Assembly (NCBI GenBank): GCA_903827265.1
Contig: CAIKHN010000003.1
Location: 24,392 to 88,391 of the forward strand
DNA length: 64,000 nucleotides
From: Candidatus Uhrbacteria bacterium
Lineage (GTDB): Bacteria > Patescibacteriota > Patescibacteriia > UBA9934
Direction of reading: 5' to 3'
Shown here: positions 12,301 through 19,321 of the stretch, piece by piece
How positions within the stretch are numbered: the stretch's first letter is position 1
Layout of the letters: each line of letters starts with the position of its first letter
Position numbers and translations under genes: made by a program
Notes under the pieces: model-generated
The model's database searches: none
The model's input: only the letters and a program-made list of their open reading frames with translations
Told to the model about the DNA's origin: nothing

Positions 12301-12727
12301 CGCAGGATACGAGGTGTATACGATCGCCTTAACGAGTGATTCGACGTTAATCGATAACATGAATGCATGGTCGTCCAACACCGTGTGTGATGCATCGACG
12401 GGGTCATGCACAACTGGTGGGGCATATAACACAAATAATCTTATCGATTACTCGTACGATGGAACATCGACGGCGGCAGTTTCTGGCGCATACGATTCGA
12501 TTGTCGATTCCATCGTGAACGCAACTGCTGCGCTCATCTCGTCGTCTGGCGGCGTCGTAACAGTCGATTCTGGTTCAGTAAGCGATTCGCATAACATCAC
12601 GCTTCCGTGGCCAAGTAACTTCAGCTGTAATGGCGTTAGCGAGCAAGAGGTGCCAATTCAGATTACATTCCGCGGCGAAGGAGAGATTAACGTCAGTAAT
12701 GTGCATATTGATTACTGCGCGCCGTAA
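3314..12727 (+). CDS. Giant (3137 aa) pilin-anchored adhesin-like protein: VirB2-like pilin, Ig/IPT-TIG domains, Cys-rich CGNG..E.CDDGN repeats, C-terminal vWA
   Basis: Same pilin motif (YGGFVWMTAAG..VDKAKKILVNAVIGL); IPT repeats (GTYVTISGTDFG, GQYVTIAGTNFG); many CGDG..EECDDGN..GDGCS repeats; vWA MIDAS DRSGS, GGTN, LLSDG. Confidence 0.85.
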   Translation: MKRRIAKLFATGCLSLLLGLGAFGVHPSAVFAADATTDALATVGDQTGLSTTDPKIIVGNMIRTGLGVLGIILVCVIVYGGFVWMTAAGRPDQVDKAKKILVNAVIGLIIILLSWSIASFIVSSLTNATGTGGGNGGGGSGGTGGYGLGGGSASAFTVTGFSPDGAVSIRNIVPRITFSKSVDSATVNGNVSIADASGTAVAGAFVATGNTVKFTPTATCPEPNADRFCFDESATFTITVSAGLLSSGGTQISCSTTAPCTATFTSGSVVDTKNPSATISYPDGTVPTASTTDFQVIATDDAGVSTGDFFVDDEWQDTVPGTGTVDETISTIIDTSSFVDGTRYTFKATVTDLAGNEDSDSVSVRAKPEWCYNGVADTDLGETGIDCGGDSSLTTYCGACDGSSCTESSECSSGSCVSGVCVSNPAITGISPEDGAVGTYVTISGTDFGSSTGTVFFTDAAGTGTVAAKVLTSCADGWSDTQVVVAVPSGAGDGPITLMNGNDVSDSTNDDAGELVPNFDVNDTVHPSLCSLSTSSGTSTSALTLSGANFGDSQGTSAVSFSATAAGSYTSWSGSAVKVTVPSAAAGDYDVGVTVGGETSNTLAFSLTKATTDASTITDVSPSEGGIGQYVTIAGTNFGSSVGTVTFTSASGDTATGSIDFPAACSSDYWDADQVIIIVPEKFDNGTALSTGLYTISITNQKGVTSSSADFTVTDASPTPGICRMTSSADVGDTVTISGDHFALATDTVTFYNGVKTLTATSWNNSAITVVVPEGSVTGPVTVTVAGVESNSANLSVGTTSTSSTSTVAAAYAWDFSTGTIARVPSVVSECSADTVSAVPNSRYSEQAEICVNAVVYAEFTTLMNEATVEDAITVEKCTASVSSTSDDPCATSETVSGTATAASGSSSTHVTWIPDTDFSSDTTYRVTISTGALSADSIAMAADATWKFTTSTTTDACVVDRVTVTPSEDSLAVDGETAGFSANAGTGCVVVDSSDYAWDWSVDSYSYVDFSSTADSKCVGDPTACATLEALAEGKTTVTATAINAEGSGSVSDGATLTVNFTDPYIASYAPNCTEACTNASVYATFNTAMTESDITAGDHVVLYECTNELCTNLTRVDANPSCTFDSSDTARCTGFAFNASTLSAGKYYRVVVSGDVASSSGVALIRTNYGSDYSWTFRVREDGTACAVERIDLSPTNPIVSAVGDATAFTAEAFGAADSCSTSGQKLAGADYNWGWTDPIPDSDQNTETTGYTAAWSTISGSLFDGGGSAIVEGCSALCTPIGSSPFQAICGDGVLDQDADGSGEECDDSNTTDHDGCSSTCLFEGSAACAIAGVGTNCCGNGSIDVAYASDVAESCDDGNVVNGDGCSSTCLAEGSASVGATCGNDDIAFDATTHAGELCDDGNNASGDGCSRQCLPEGSRSLASLGGALCGDGTITSPYETCDDGNTKNDDGCSSTCVREGLAACTSVVKNNCCGNATVDQNTITGAGEDCDPSAGTEGCTSTCTFEGSSVDYAMPSVCGDGVVGLGEYSACESSSATGDGNVDPIQVAYMSSDAVKEVNPTTKEAIATVTVSESTSGLYATSDFALTCAASSDQDCSDPETTGVGTSNCCVERPTLESSSPTGASVCRNAAINGVFSEEMNKGSFAFSETSGSTTTTTPYMYVKLNLASGQSCPSGYTTLAVAKTSLFGRVVGTIRTFFFGENAEAAAAAGAADSGDCILPTDSYTQTDMGDGTFKVSLNYSTALEADSSYTLVIVGDDDTSDAATEGVTSKLGAGMNGTQFATFTTGTDICTLDVVSVDDTNADSPNTFTTTNESHTFTATPMSYSGSTRQEITSIPDVYSWTWSGWKSSDTALFTATQGDATALDTAAVVAVGDNGDATIVATATVTDSTGTTAKTSTVDGAADVTALLCEDPWPVLSSFPWTDDGFGDSGAAVGTSGYMNFAVAYCKDYGTDNDLTDNLPDVKVVLAPSSPSSKVLKEYLFEIDPSSSTASIGDAGDVVGVRILSNADYLSPMAWYEAQGFTGSPTETTVDGFQAVTDDRSTYVAMANSTTTGLYSNIFVVSYNEGASDVTKEVYNQILKNLSFLTNVTDTPVCSVTASTSCSKDADCPAGEACLDDKAKIMRDTARLGDIKDIGIAVDAYSADNKTCSSTTSQSCDADSDCPGDETCEVTVPALSSGTSVRSLASSAWSSWQETLGGAVDGSALPTDPLNTYATCSGYDAATCVNQTSGSYSCPTGSFVYHYRSVGARDYEVATELEYTALSWVNDVDADGTDNVTFYTSSYCDGDVYGSSSTCGDGIIGTSNNGTSDDTTDDYTETCEIGQVHAEACTTTDGATGTANATCNSTCTGYDAVPSDAACTATSCGDGIVNGVEECDDGAKNGEYGYCGDSCTFASGSYCGDGVISGGEACDCGDSSTTATASSRPYAGSAGSCAGYNGAYDADQHATCAWDCTGPASYCGDTTVDSGESCDGNADAYTGKICADGVTKCTTDTDCGGATCGGLLNGECPSQGYLCNGGTNDGYVCYSPSWSIAANYVGDYFCETLGGGTCERNERSYQTYHTRTCDDGSSTSMCGWNAWEYCNANGQSCGNGVVDGDEECDDGNDVATDSCTTACTVNVCGDGYLYTGSEECDQGTSNGAACDSAYESTCTACSTTCHYTVSSGEFCGDGVINGTEYCDGSDVPYVWYNYYSSTNGQPVSLGSCTAAQAGDGYVDDMGGPYTYVDSSGATQSLTQIVCAQVGLCNGGTNNGGDCASDSQCTNGGDCVMPVCNASCSASCPTAESSVALLLTTNQPGAIGAADVDVYSYSSSSSSSLPNAATIMVPACTVAGNLVADVDFSNVTPPDVYVAFVTDRSGSMGTKDMTGGEQRLAVARDSITSAIKTLFDELGETVQIGLASFDSTLYTSTAFTTNERTLTDDVAAYTEIGGGTNTYLGLNEAKSLFDAKATGSNVAKIAILLSDGQPSDSSTSSVDGVSGATASAEALIAAGYEVYTIALTSDSTLIDNMNAWSSNTVCDASTGSCTTGGAYNTNNLIDYSYDGTSTAAVSGAYDSIVDSIVNATAALISSSGGVVTVDSGSVSDSHNITLPWPSNFSCNGVSEQEVPIQITFRGEGEINVSNVHIDYCAP

Positions 12728-12729
12728 CT

Positions 12730-13554
12730 ATGCCAATCGATCCAAACAACCAGAACTACTTCTCCCTCGATGAACAGGCACCTGTTGCTGTTTCGTGGTG
12801 GAAAGAGCGACGATATCAAAAACAGATGCTTGTTGTTGCTGGAATTGTGGTCGGCGTCGGCTTGGTGGGGTATTACGGCTATCAAATGTACAGCTTAACG
12901 CATGTCGATAGCGCAAAAGTAGAGCAGGCGAACACGATGCTTACGAATGCTGCGGCGTCGTGCGCAACGGAATCAGATCCAAAGGCTTGCGAAGATCGTG
13001 CACGAGCTGATGCGGCTCGAACAACGGCGCAACCATCGGTATGTAAAGGGCTTTCCGACACGGCGCTTGCAGATTGCGTTTCATTGATTGCGCATGACAC
13101 CGCCGACGCCAATGCGTGCGATTCGCTTTCTGGTGCTGACGAAACCGCGTGTCGCGATGGCGCAACACTTGCTGCAGCAAATGCGGCGAAGAATTACGGA
13201 TTATGTGCAGCTATTGTTGATACCGATACGAAAGCTGCGTGTCAGAGTCAGTTGCTGAACGCCGTTATCGATGCGGGGCAATGCAGTACGTATAGCATTC
13301 CGCAGGACGTTTGCGACTACCCAAAAACACTCGCCGCAATTATCGCCGCAGGGAATCCTCAAGGGTGCTTGCAGCTCTCGGCCGATCGTCAGGACGGATG
13401 TAGCGACATGTTTTCATCCCTTGATCAGGATCACGATGGCCTCTCGCTTCTTGCGGAGTACAAACTTGGAACATCAGACGTGAAAGCAGATACTGACGGA
13501 GACGGGTATACTGATGGACAGGAGGTTTCCTCGGGACATGATCCGTTAAAATGA
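12730..13554 (+). CDS. Membrane-anchored Cys-rich protein with C-terminal bacterial TSP3-like Ca-binding repeat
   Basis: One TM helix, spaced Cys pairs, DQDHDGLS..E..GT..DTDGDGYTDG.E. Confidence 0.7.
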   Translation: MPIDPNNQNYFSLDEQAPVAVSWWKERRYQKQMLVVAGIVVGVGLVGYYGYQMYSLTHVDSAKVEQANTMLTNAAASCATESDPKACEDRARADAARTTAQPSVCKGLSDTALADCVSLIAHDTADANACDSLSGADETACRDGATLAAANAAKNYGLCAAIVDTDTKAACQSQLLNAVIDAGQCSTYSIPQDVCDYPKTLAAIIAAGNPQGCLQLSADRQDGCSDMFSSLDQDHDGLSLLAEYKLGTSDVKADTDGDGYTDGQEVSSGHDPLK

Positions 13555-13561
13555 TATGAGA

Positions 13562-13688
13562 ACGTGGCTAATTTATTTTAGGCCAGTTTCGCCGAAGGAG
13601 GAGAAAAGCTTCCGAGGCGTACTTCATTGGTACGGTGAGGAAGTTTTCGACGAGTGAGGTGAAAATGGACAAAATAAATTAGCCACGT
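13562..13688. repeat. Palindromic repeat family copy A (127 nt, perfect 18-bp outer inverted repeat)
   Basis: ACGTGGCTAATTTATTTT ... AAAATAAATTAGCCACGT enclosing GGCCAGTTTCG, GAGGCGTAC..GTACG, GAAAATGGAC. Confidence 0.8.
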
Positions 13689-14366
13689 ATGTTTGATGAA
13701 GAACCGAAAGACATGTTCGAGGGAGTCGATCCTGCCGCTGCGGCCCCAGCCCCAGCACCTGTCGCTGCGCCAGCCGAAGCACAAGCTCCGCAAGCACCAG
13801 CACCAATCGCACCTCCACCAACACGTTTGCCGCCATCATATGGCGCTGCGCCAACTCCTGTGCCGATGCCAATGGAGAGCCGTGGTGGTGGGATGAAGAT
13901 CGTGCTTATCGTTGTTGGAATTTTGGTGATTTTCGGTGTTTCGGGATTTTTTGCGTATCGTATTATGGTTCAGCCGGCATCGGATAGCGGTGTTGTAGAT
14001 GCTGTTCCAAGTACCGGCGTCACAAACACAAAACCAACAACGACGACGCCAGCAACAACTCCTGATTCGACCGCAACAGAAACGCCGTCAACACAAGCTC
14101 CAGTACAAACCACAAATCCTGCGTCGCTTCTTGATAGTGATGGCGACGGCCTCACCAACGCTCGTGAACTTGAGGTTGGAACGTCGGTGACGAAGGCTGA
14201 TACGGACGGTGACGGACTTGGCGACCGTGAAGAAGTTGAGGTGTACGGAACAGATCCACGCAAGCCGGATACTGATGGTGATGGATATTTGGACGGACAG
14301 GAAGTGTCGGGTGGTTATAATCCAAACGGTTCCGGAAAACTCTTTACCGTGCCACAAGGAAGCTAA
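13689..14366 (+). CDS. Single-pass membrane protein, Pro/Thr-rich linkers plus TSP3-like repeats
   Basis: DSDGDGLTNARE, DTDGDGLGDREE, GTDP..PDTDGDGYLDGQEV. Confidence 0.75.
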   Translation: MFDEEPKDMFEGVDPAAAAPAPAPVAAPAEAQAPQAPAPIAPPPTRLPPSYGAAPTPVPMPMESRGGGMKIVLIVVGILVIFGVSGFFAYRIMVQPASDSGVVDAVPSTGVTNTKPTTTTPATTPDSTATETPSTQAPVQTTNPASLLDSDGDGLTNARELEVGTSVTKADTDGDGLGDREEVEVYGTDPRKPDTDGDGYLDGQEVSGGYNPNGSGKLFTVPQGS

Positions 14367-14369
14367 ACT

Positions 14370-15344
14370 ATGGGTTTTTTTGGAGGAAAGAAATCAATGC
14401 CGGATGTGTCCTCCGAAGCTGGTATTCCAGTGAAGGAGGAAGACTTGGGCGTGGTAATCCACGTCATGCCGAAGGATTTCTTGGGAAAAGAAGCAAAACT
14501 TCGCGTTGAGCCAGTGCCTGTGTCGGCACCAGTATCGGCGCCGGCCGTACAGTCAGCTGCCGTTCCTCCAAAACCCGTTCCTGCCCCTCTTCCTCCAAAG
14601 CGTCACGTTTCTCCCGCGCTTTTGGTATTGTTCGCGCTCGTTGTTCTTCTTGGTGGTGGTGCCGTTGCGTACGTTATGCTCACGCAGTCGAAGCCGCAGA
14701 CTGTTGTAACGCCGGTGGTTACTACATCCACGTTGCCAACAACAACGCCAGTGAAAACCCCAGTTGTTGAAACCCCGACAGCGCCGGTGCAGTCAAAGGA
14801 CAGCGATAGTGATGGCTTAACCGATATTGAAGAGCGAATGTACGGAACAGATTATCGAAATCCTGATTCAGATGGCGATACGTTCCTTGATGGAAACGAG
14901 GTGTTTCATCGGTACGATCCAAATGGTCTCTCGCCATCGACGTTGCTCGATACAGGAGCGGTGAAGATGTTCACTGATGCGACGCTGCCATTCACTGTGT
15001 ATTACCCAACGAGCTGGAAATCGTCGGTAGATACCGCAAAAGGCACTGTCACATTCAAAACGCCGGCACTTGCAGCTGTTGCAGTGACCTGGGGAGCAAA
15101 AGAAAAGGATTTAACCGTAGAGGATTGGGTACTGAAAAACGTAAAAGATATTGATATTACGACATTAAAATCGTCGTATACGAAAGAAGGGTACTACACG
15201 TTGCGGAGTAAAGATGACCTTGTTGCGTATCTTGATTTAGGCACAATGGCGTATATCATGACGTACAGCTTGAATGGATCAACGGAAATTTCGTACATTC
15301 AGACGTTCGCCATGATGGTAAATAGCTTTCACGTTTCTCCATGA
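14370..15344 (+). CDS. Single-pass membrane protein with TSP3-like repeats and PsbP-like C-terminal domain
   Basis: DSDSDGLTDIEE..GTD..PDSDGDTFLDGNE; F.V.YP.SW motif. Confidence 0.7.
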   Translation: MGFFGGKKSMPDVSSEAGIPVKEEDLGVVIHVMPKDFLGKEAKLRVEPVPVSAPVSAPAVQSAAVPPKPVPAPLPPKRHVSPALLVLFALVVLLGGGAVAYVMLTQSKPQTVVTPVVTTSTLPTTTPVKTPVVETPTAPVQSKDSDSDGLTDIEERMYGTDYRNPDSDGDTFLDGNEVFHRYDPNGLSPSTLLDTGAVKMFTDATLPFTVYYPTSWKSSVDTAKGTVTFKTPALAAVAVTWGAKEKDLTVEDWVLKNVKDIDITTLKSSYTKEGYYTLRSKDDLVAYLDLGTMAYIMTYSLNGSTEISYIQTFAMMVNSFHVSP

Positions 15345-15763
15345 TTACCCTTGATATTGTTGACGACATTGTTCCGGAGTCATCCCGTTTGCCCGAAGGA
15401 ACGTACCATCGGATTGTTGAGGTTTTTGCAGATCGATTGCCAAATATTCAAGGAACAATTGGCGTTTCGTACGTGGATGACGCCGAAATTCGAAGGTTGA
15501 ATCGCGTCTATCGTCAGAAAGATGCTGTCACCGATGTTCTTTCGTTTGCATCAGATTTCGCCGATCACACTGGCGCGCTCGGTGACGTCGTCATTTCATT
15601 CGATCAAGCAGTCCGGCAAGCAGAAGAAGGCGATATTGAGCTTGAGCTGGTCGACCTCATTATTCACGGCATTCTTCATGTACTTGGTCATGATCACGAG
15701 AAGCCCGAGGATGCGGCAGTCATGTTCCCGTTACAAGATTCCCTTGTTGGCGCAACACTATGA
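15341..15763 (+). CDS. ybeY: rRNA maturation endoribonuclease YbeY
   Basis: LN..YR.KD..TDVLSF, LGDVVIS, HGILHVLGHDH metal-binding motif. Confidence 0.95.
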   Translation: MITLDIVDDIVPESSRLPEGTYHRIVEVFADRLPNIQGTIGVSYVDDAEIRRLNRVYRQKDAVTDVLSFASDFADHTGALGDVVISFDQAVRQAEEGDIELELVDLIIHGILHVLGHDHEKPEDAAVMFPLQDSLVGATL

Positions 15764-16149
15764 TTTCCTTTTCGCGGTTTTGGAAAAGCTTTACGCACGC
15801 TGTTTCCGGGATTGTTCGTATCGCCGAGGAAGAACAGAGCTTTCGCTTGCAAATGCTCGCCGCCGCAGTCGTATTCGGATTGATGATTGTTATGCCGACG
15901 TTACAGATTTGGGAGCGAGTAACATTGACACTGATGGTTGGCGCGGTGTTGGTTTTAGAAATTATCAACAGTATTTTTGAGCGTTTAGCCGACGCAGTAG
16001 AGCCTCGAGTGAGCCCGATGGTGAAAGAAATCAAGGACATGATGGCCGGCGCTGTGCTTTTGACTGCAATCGCATCAGTGCTTGTTGGTTACCTTATTTT
16101 CTGGCCACACATGGAGCCGACCCTCTCCGCGCTCTGGAAAGCTTGGTAG
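15760..16149 (+). CDS. dgkA: Diacylglycerol/undecaprenol kinase (DgkA family)
   Basis: SF.HA.SG, E..F, LEIINSIFERLAD, KEIKDMMAGAVL; adjacent to ybeY as is common. Confidence 0.9.
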   Translation: MISFSRFWKSFTHAVSGIVRIAEEEQSFRLQMLAAAVVFGLMIVMPTLQIWERVTLTLMVGAVLVLEIINSIFERLADAVEPRVSPMVKEIKDMMAGAVLLTAIASVLVGYLIFWPHMEPTLSALWKAW

Positions 16150-16272
16150 AACTTCCTCCTTCGGCCCATTTTCGACTCAGATCATCGGAAACTCACTCGA
16201 CGTACACATGAAGTACGCCTCGCGAGCTTTCCTTGACCTTCATCGAAACTGGTCGCGAATGAGAAAGTTCTA
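16147..16272. repeat. Palindromic repeat family copy B (opposite orientation), between dgkA and ftsA
   Basis: Reverse complement reads TAGAACTTTCTCATTC GCGACCAGTTTCG..GAGGCGTACTTCATGTGTACGTCGAG..GAAAATGGGC CGAAGGAGGAAGTTCTA. Confidence 0.8.
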
Positions 16273-16296
16273 CTATGTTATAATTCTGTTCGAGTT

Positions 16297-17556
16297 ATGG
16301 CGGACGAAATTCTCACTGGCCTTGATATTGGATCGTCGACGATTCGCGTCGCGGTCCTCCAAATGATGCCTGGCGAAGACGGAAAACCCCGTCTTCATGT
16401 GATTGGCGCTGTTTCATCGCCATCGTTTGGCGTGCATCGCGGTGCAATTTCAAGCCTCGAGGATGCGGTTTCGTCAGTTTCAAAGGCGCTCGAGAAAGCA
16501 GAGCGCATGACAGGCGTTGCAATTAACAGTGCTTGGGTTGGTATTGCTGGCCAGAGCATTTTGGTTCAGGAGAGCAGGGGAGTGATTGGTGTATCGCGAA
16601 CCGATGCGGAGATGCGAGAAGAAGACGTCGAGCGCGCTATGGAAGCGGCTCGCAGTGTTGCAACACCAACAAACTACGACATTCTTCATGTTATCCCAAA
16701 GAGCTTTACCGTCGACGGTCAGCGCGGCGTGAAAGATCCGGTGGGAATGAACGGTATTCGACTTGAGGTTGATGCGCTTATCATCGAGGCGCTTGCGTCG
16801 CATATCAAAAACCTCACCAAGAGCGTGTATCGCACCGGTCTTGATATCGATGATTTGGTGTATACGCCACTTGCAACTGCGGAGGCTGTGCTCACACAGC
16901 GGCAGAAAGAACTTGGTGTGTGCGTTTTGAACGTTGGAGCGTCGTCGACCACCCTCGCGGTTTTCGAAGAAGGTGATCTGCTTCATACTGCCGTGCTTCC
17001 ATTCGGCGGCGATCATATTACGAACGACATCGCTATCGGATTGCGAACTTCTATTGAGGTCGCGGAGAAAGTAAAACTTCAATACGGACAAGCGTTGCCA
17101 GATCGAGTCGATCGTAAGGCGCAATTCGCGTTGGCCGACTTCGGAATCGAGGGCGAGGAAATGGTAAAACAGCGATTCATCGCCGAGATTATCGAAGCTC
17201 GTTTGGAAGAGATTTTCGAGGCGGCCGATAACGAACTTCGGAAGATTGATCGCTCTGGCATGCTTCCAGTCGGCGCGGTGCTTACTGGCGGATCGGTAAA
17301 ACTCGAAGGCGTTGTCGAGGTTGCGAAACGTATTCTGCGTTTACCATGTTCTCTTGGAATTCCAACAAGTGTCTCTAGCGTTATCGATGAAGTTCACGAT
17401 CCTGCATTTGCGACCGCGATTGGCTTGGCTGTTTGGGGGAACGCGATTCGTGGCGTAGGAAAAGGGAAATTCTCCCTCGGCTCGCTTTTGAAGTTTAAAT
17501 CCGTGGACAAGGTCGCCGACCAGCTCCGAAAGTGGATGAAGTCATTGGTGCCATAA
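16297..17556 (+). CDS. ftsA: Cell division protein FtsA
   Basis: GLDIGSS, DPVGM.G.RLEV, GGDHITNDIA..L, IIEARLEEIF, VLTGG. Confidence 0.97.
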   Translation: MADEILTGLDIGSSTIRVAVLQMMPGEDGKPRLHVIGAVSSPSFGVHRGAISSLEDAVSSVSKALEKAERMTGVAINSAWVGIAGQSILVQESRGVIGVSRTDAEMREEDVERAMEAARSVATPTNYDILHVIPKSFTVDGQRGVKDPVGMNGIRLEVDALIIEALASHIKNLTKSVYRTGLDIDDLVYTPLATAEAVLTQRQKELGVCVLNVGASSTTLAVFEEGDLLHTAVLPFGGDHITNDIAIGLRTSIEVAEKVKLQYGQALPDRVDRKAQFALADFGIEGEEMVKQRFIAEIIEARLEEIFEAADNELRKIDRSGMLPVGAVLTGGSVKLEGVVEVAKRILRLPCSLGIPTSVSSVIDEVHDPAFATAIGLAVWGNAIRGVGKGKFSLGSLLKFKSVDKVADQLRKWMKSLVP

Positions 17557-17571
17557 ACGTTCGGTAAAAGG

Positions 17572-17600
17572 TTGATCTTCGCCACGATTTGTGGTGTAAT
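17572..17600 (+). promoter_or_regulatory. Putative sigma70 promoter of the orphan gene pair
   Basis: TTGATC-17 nt-TGTAAT, 21 nt before ATG 17622. Confidence 0.45.
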
Positions 17601-17621
17601 TTTTGCGCTCACGGAGTGTTC

Positions 17622-18266
17622 ATGGTCCTCATCTTCGGTCGTTCCTCGTGGATCGGTCTCTTGTTGTCCCTTTTGATCTTTCCGGTCGGCATCTTCTGCG
17701 CCGTGAATCTGGGAACGAAGGATATCCCGTCCTGGCTTCAGAACATCGCGCATCCGGTCGTGGTCGGCGTCATCATGATCTACGGAATCATCACGGGCAC
17801 TTGGGCTGCGGAATACGGAGATATCCGTCGGAAGGAAAAGCTCGAGAGCCGGAACGAGAAAGAAATTCAGTCGTGGCGGGAATGGTGCGAGAACGCCTTT
17901 CCTGAAAATCAGAAGACGGTGGTCGAGGTCGTTGGGCATTTTGTGGAATATAAGGACGCTGATCGTCGAAACTTCCTTTTCTTCGATTGGCTGCGTTATC
18001 GTGCAATGTCGTATTCGGAAAACGGCACGGCAAAGGATAAAAAGTCCCGCCTGGCGTGCATTCACCGAATCATCTGGCTCGCCGAAAGAACCGGACACTG
18101 GCGTTTGATTGCCGATGAGGCAGTCTGGGCGCTGGTGAGTCCTGTGCTCAAGGGCGAGCTCCGCCGTCTGAACAAGACGTGCGCCTCCGACCAGGATTAC
18201 ATGCGACTCATGGAGTGGTTCGCGCACAACGGACCGCCGCCCCAGAAGCAGTCTGCGGCCGTCTAG
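17622..18266 (+). CDS. Hypothetical 2-TM protein (paralog 1 of a tandem pair between ftsA and ftsZ)
   Basis: SD GGAG-5 nt-ATG at 17622; two hydrophobic helices, then a soluble domain resembling 18367..19080. Confidence 0.7.
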   Translation: MVLIFGRSSWIGLLLSLLIFPVGIFCAVNLGTKDIPSWLQNIAHPVVVGVIMIYGIITGTWAAEYGDIRRKEKLESRNEKEIQSWREWCENAFPENQKTVVEVVGHFVEYKDADRRNFLFFDWLRYRAMSYSENGTAKDKKSRLACIHRIIWLAERTGHWRLIADEAVWALVSPVLKGELRRLNKTCASDQDYMRLMEWFAHNGPPPQKQSAAV

Positions 18267-18280
18267 CCGAGAAAATCCAC

Positions 18281-18336
18281 CGTCAGAACGCTGCCCCGCG
18301 GCTCGAAAGAGCTTGCGGGGTGTGTCTTTTTCTGAT
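18281..18336 (+). terminator. Intrinsic terminator, repeated copy 1
   Basis: GCCCCGCGGCTC GAAA GAGCTTGCGGGGT followed by GTGTCTTTTTCTGAT. Confidence 0.7.
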
Positions 18337-18366
18337 GGAATTGCGTCCGCCAACCCAGAGGTACTC

Positions 18367-19080
18367 ATGCGATTCTGTCGCCGTCTCCACTCCTTCATCG
18401 TCCACCCCTCGACTCTCGTCGTTCTCGCGGTCGTCTACGGAGGGATGATCGCGTCGGAAAGCAAGAGCTTTCGTGACCTCACGATCGTCTTCTGTCGGCT
18501 CTTTCGGCCCGATATACTCGACATCGTGTTGCGGGGAGGTCTGTACTTCTTCGCATACGTGTTCCTCACGCAAATTCTGCAGAGCATGACGGACGCCATC
18601 AAGGCGTCTTCTCCAAGGGCGACGGCTCCGGCGTACGCAACGGAGTCTCTCGATGAAGGGTCCTACTGGGATTGGGTGAACGAGCGTCTTGAGCCGTGGC
18701 GTAGCTTCCTCATCCGGTATGGTTCACTCAATCTGTTCCCCGAGGTCTCGAAGCGATTTGGTGAAGAGCTGGATTCGAGCTCGACGCTGCTGACTGCGGC
18801 GAAGCATCAGGATCTCTGGATGATGGAATGGCTCGTCCAGAAGGCGATGACGTTTAGTTCTGACGGATCCGGCGACTTCGAGAACACGAAGGTCTTCGCC
18901 TTCGTGAGTGAGGCGCTGAACATTGCCGACGAGCAGGACGCCTGGCGACAGCTGATGGAAATTCCCAACGCAAAGCCGGTCATCGCTCCAGTGTTCGGTG
19001 CCCTGGTCAAGGATCTTGTCATCGACCGAGGTCCCGGAAGCCAGGCGTACCAGGACTTTGTCGCTTGGCTCGAGTCCTGA
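18367..19080 (+). CDS. Hypothetical 2-TM protein (paralog 2)
   Basis: SD GAGG-5 nt-ATG at 18367; motifs align with paralog 1. Confidence 0.7.
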   Translation: MRFCRRLHSFIVHPSTLVVLAVVYGGMIASESKSFRDLTIVFCRLFRPDILDIVLRGGLYFFAYVFLTQILQSMTDAIKASSPRATAPAYATESLDEGSYWDWVNERLEPWRSFLIRYGSLNLFPEVSKRFGEELDSSSTLLTAAKHQDLWMMEWLVQKAMTFSSDGSGDFENTKVFAFVSEALNIADEQDAWRQLMEIPNAKPVIAPVFGALVKDLVIDRGPGSQAYQDFVAWLES

Positions 19081-19085
19081 ATTCA

Positions 19086-19141
19086 CGTCAACCGCTGCCC
19101 CGCGGGTCCAAAAGGATCCGTGGGGCGTGTCTTTTTCTGAT
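19086..19141 (+). terminator. Intrinsic terminator, repeated copy 2
   Basis: GCCCCGCGGGTCC AAAA GGATCCGTGGGGC followed by GTGTCTTTTTCTGAT. Confidence 0.7.
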
Positions 19142-19246
19142 ACTTCTCCCCATTTCATGCACAGTGCTAATTGACCATAAAACACGCTATACTATACGGT
19201 GATCACATCCGGTGTTCGAGGAGAATTTTGATGAACACTATTTTAT

Positions 19247-19314
19247 TAGCGCTTTTCCATTTGAGGTTAGTTTCGATGATCTGAATCGAAAATAGGCCAA
19301 AGGGGAATGTGCTA
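19247..19314. repeat. Palindromic repeat family copy D (internally deleted), directly upstream of ftsZ
   Basis: TAGCGCTTTTCCATTTG AGGTTAGTTTCG ATGATCTGAATC GAAAATAGGC CAAAGGGGAATGTGCTA; keeps both arm motifs, lacks the central GTAC hairpin. Confidence 0.6.
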
Positions 19315-19321
19315 TGCAGCT

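Noticed and set aside
18281-19141. Repeated hairpins as integron attC sites
   Set aside because: No RYYYAAC/GTTRRRY core sites and no integron integrase in the window; the U-tract fits intrinsic terminators.
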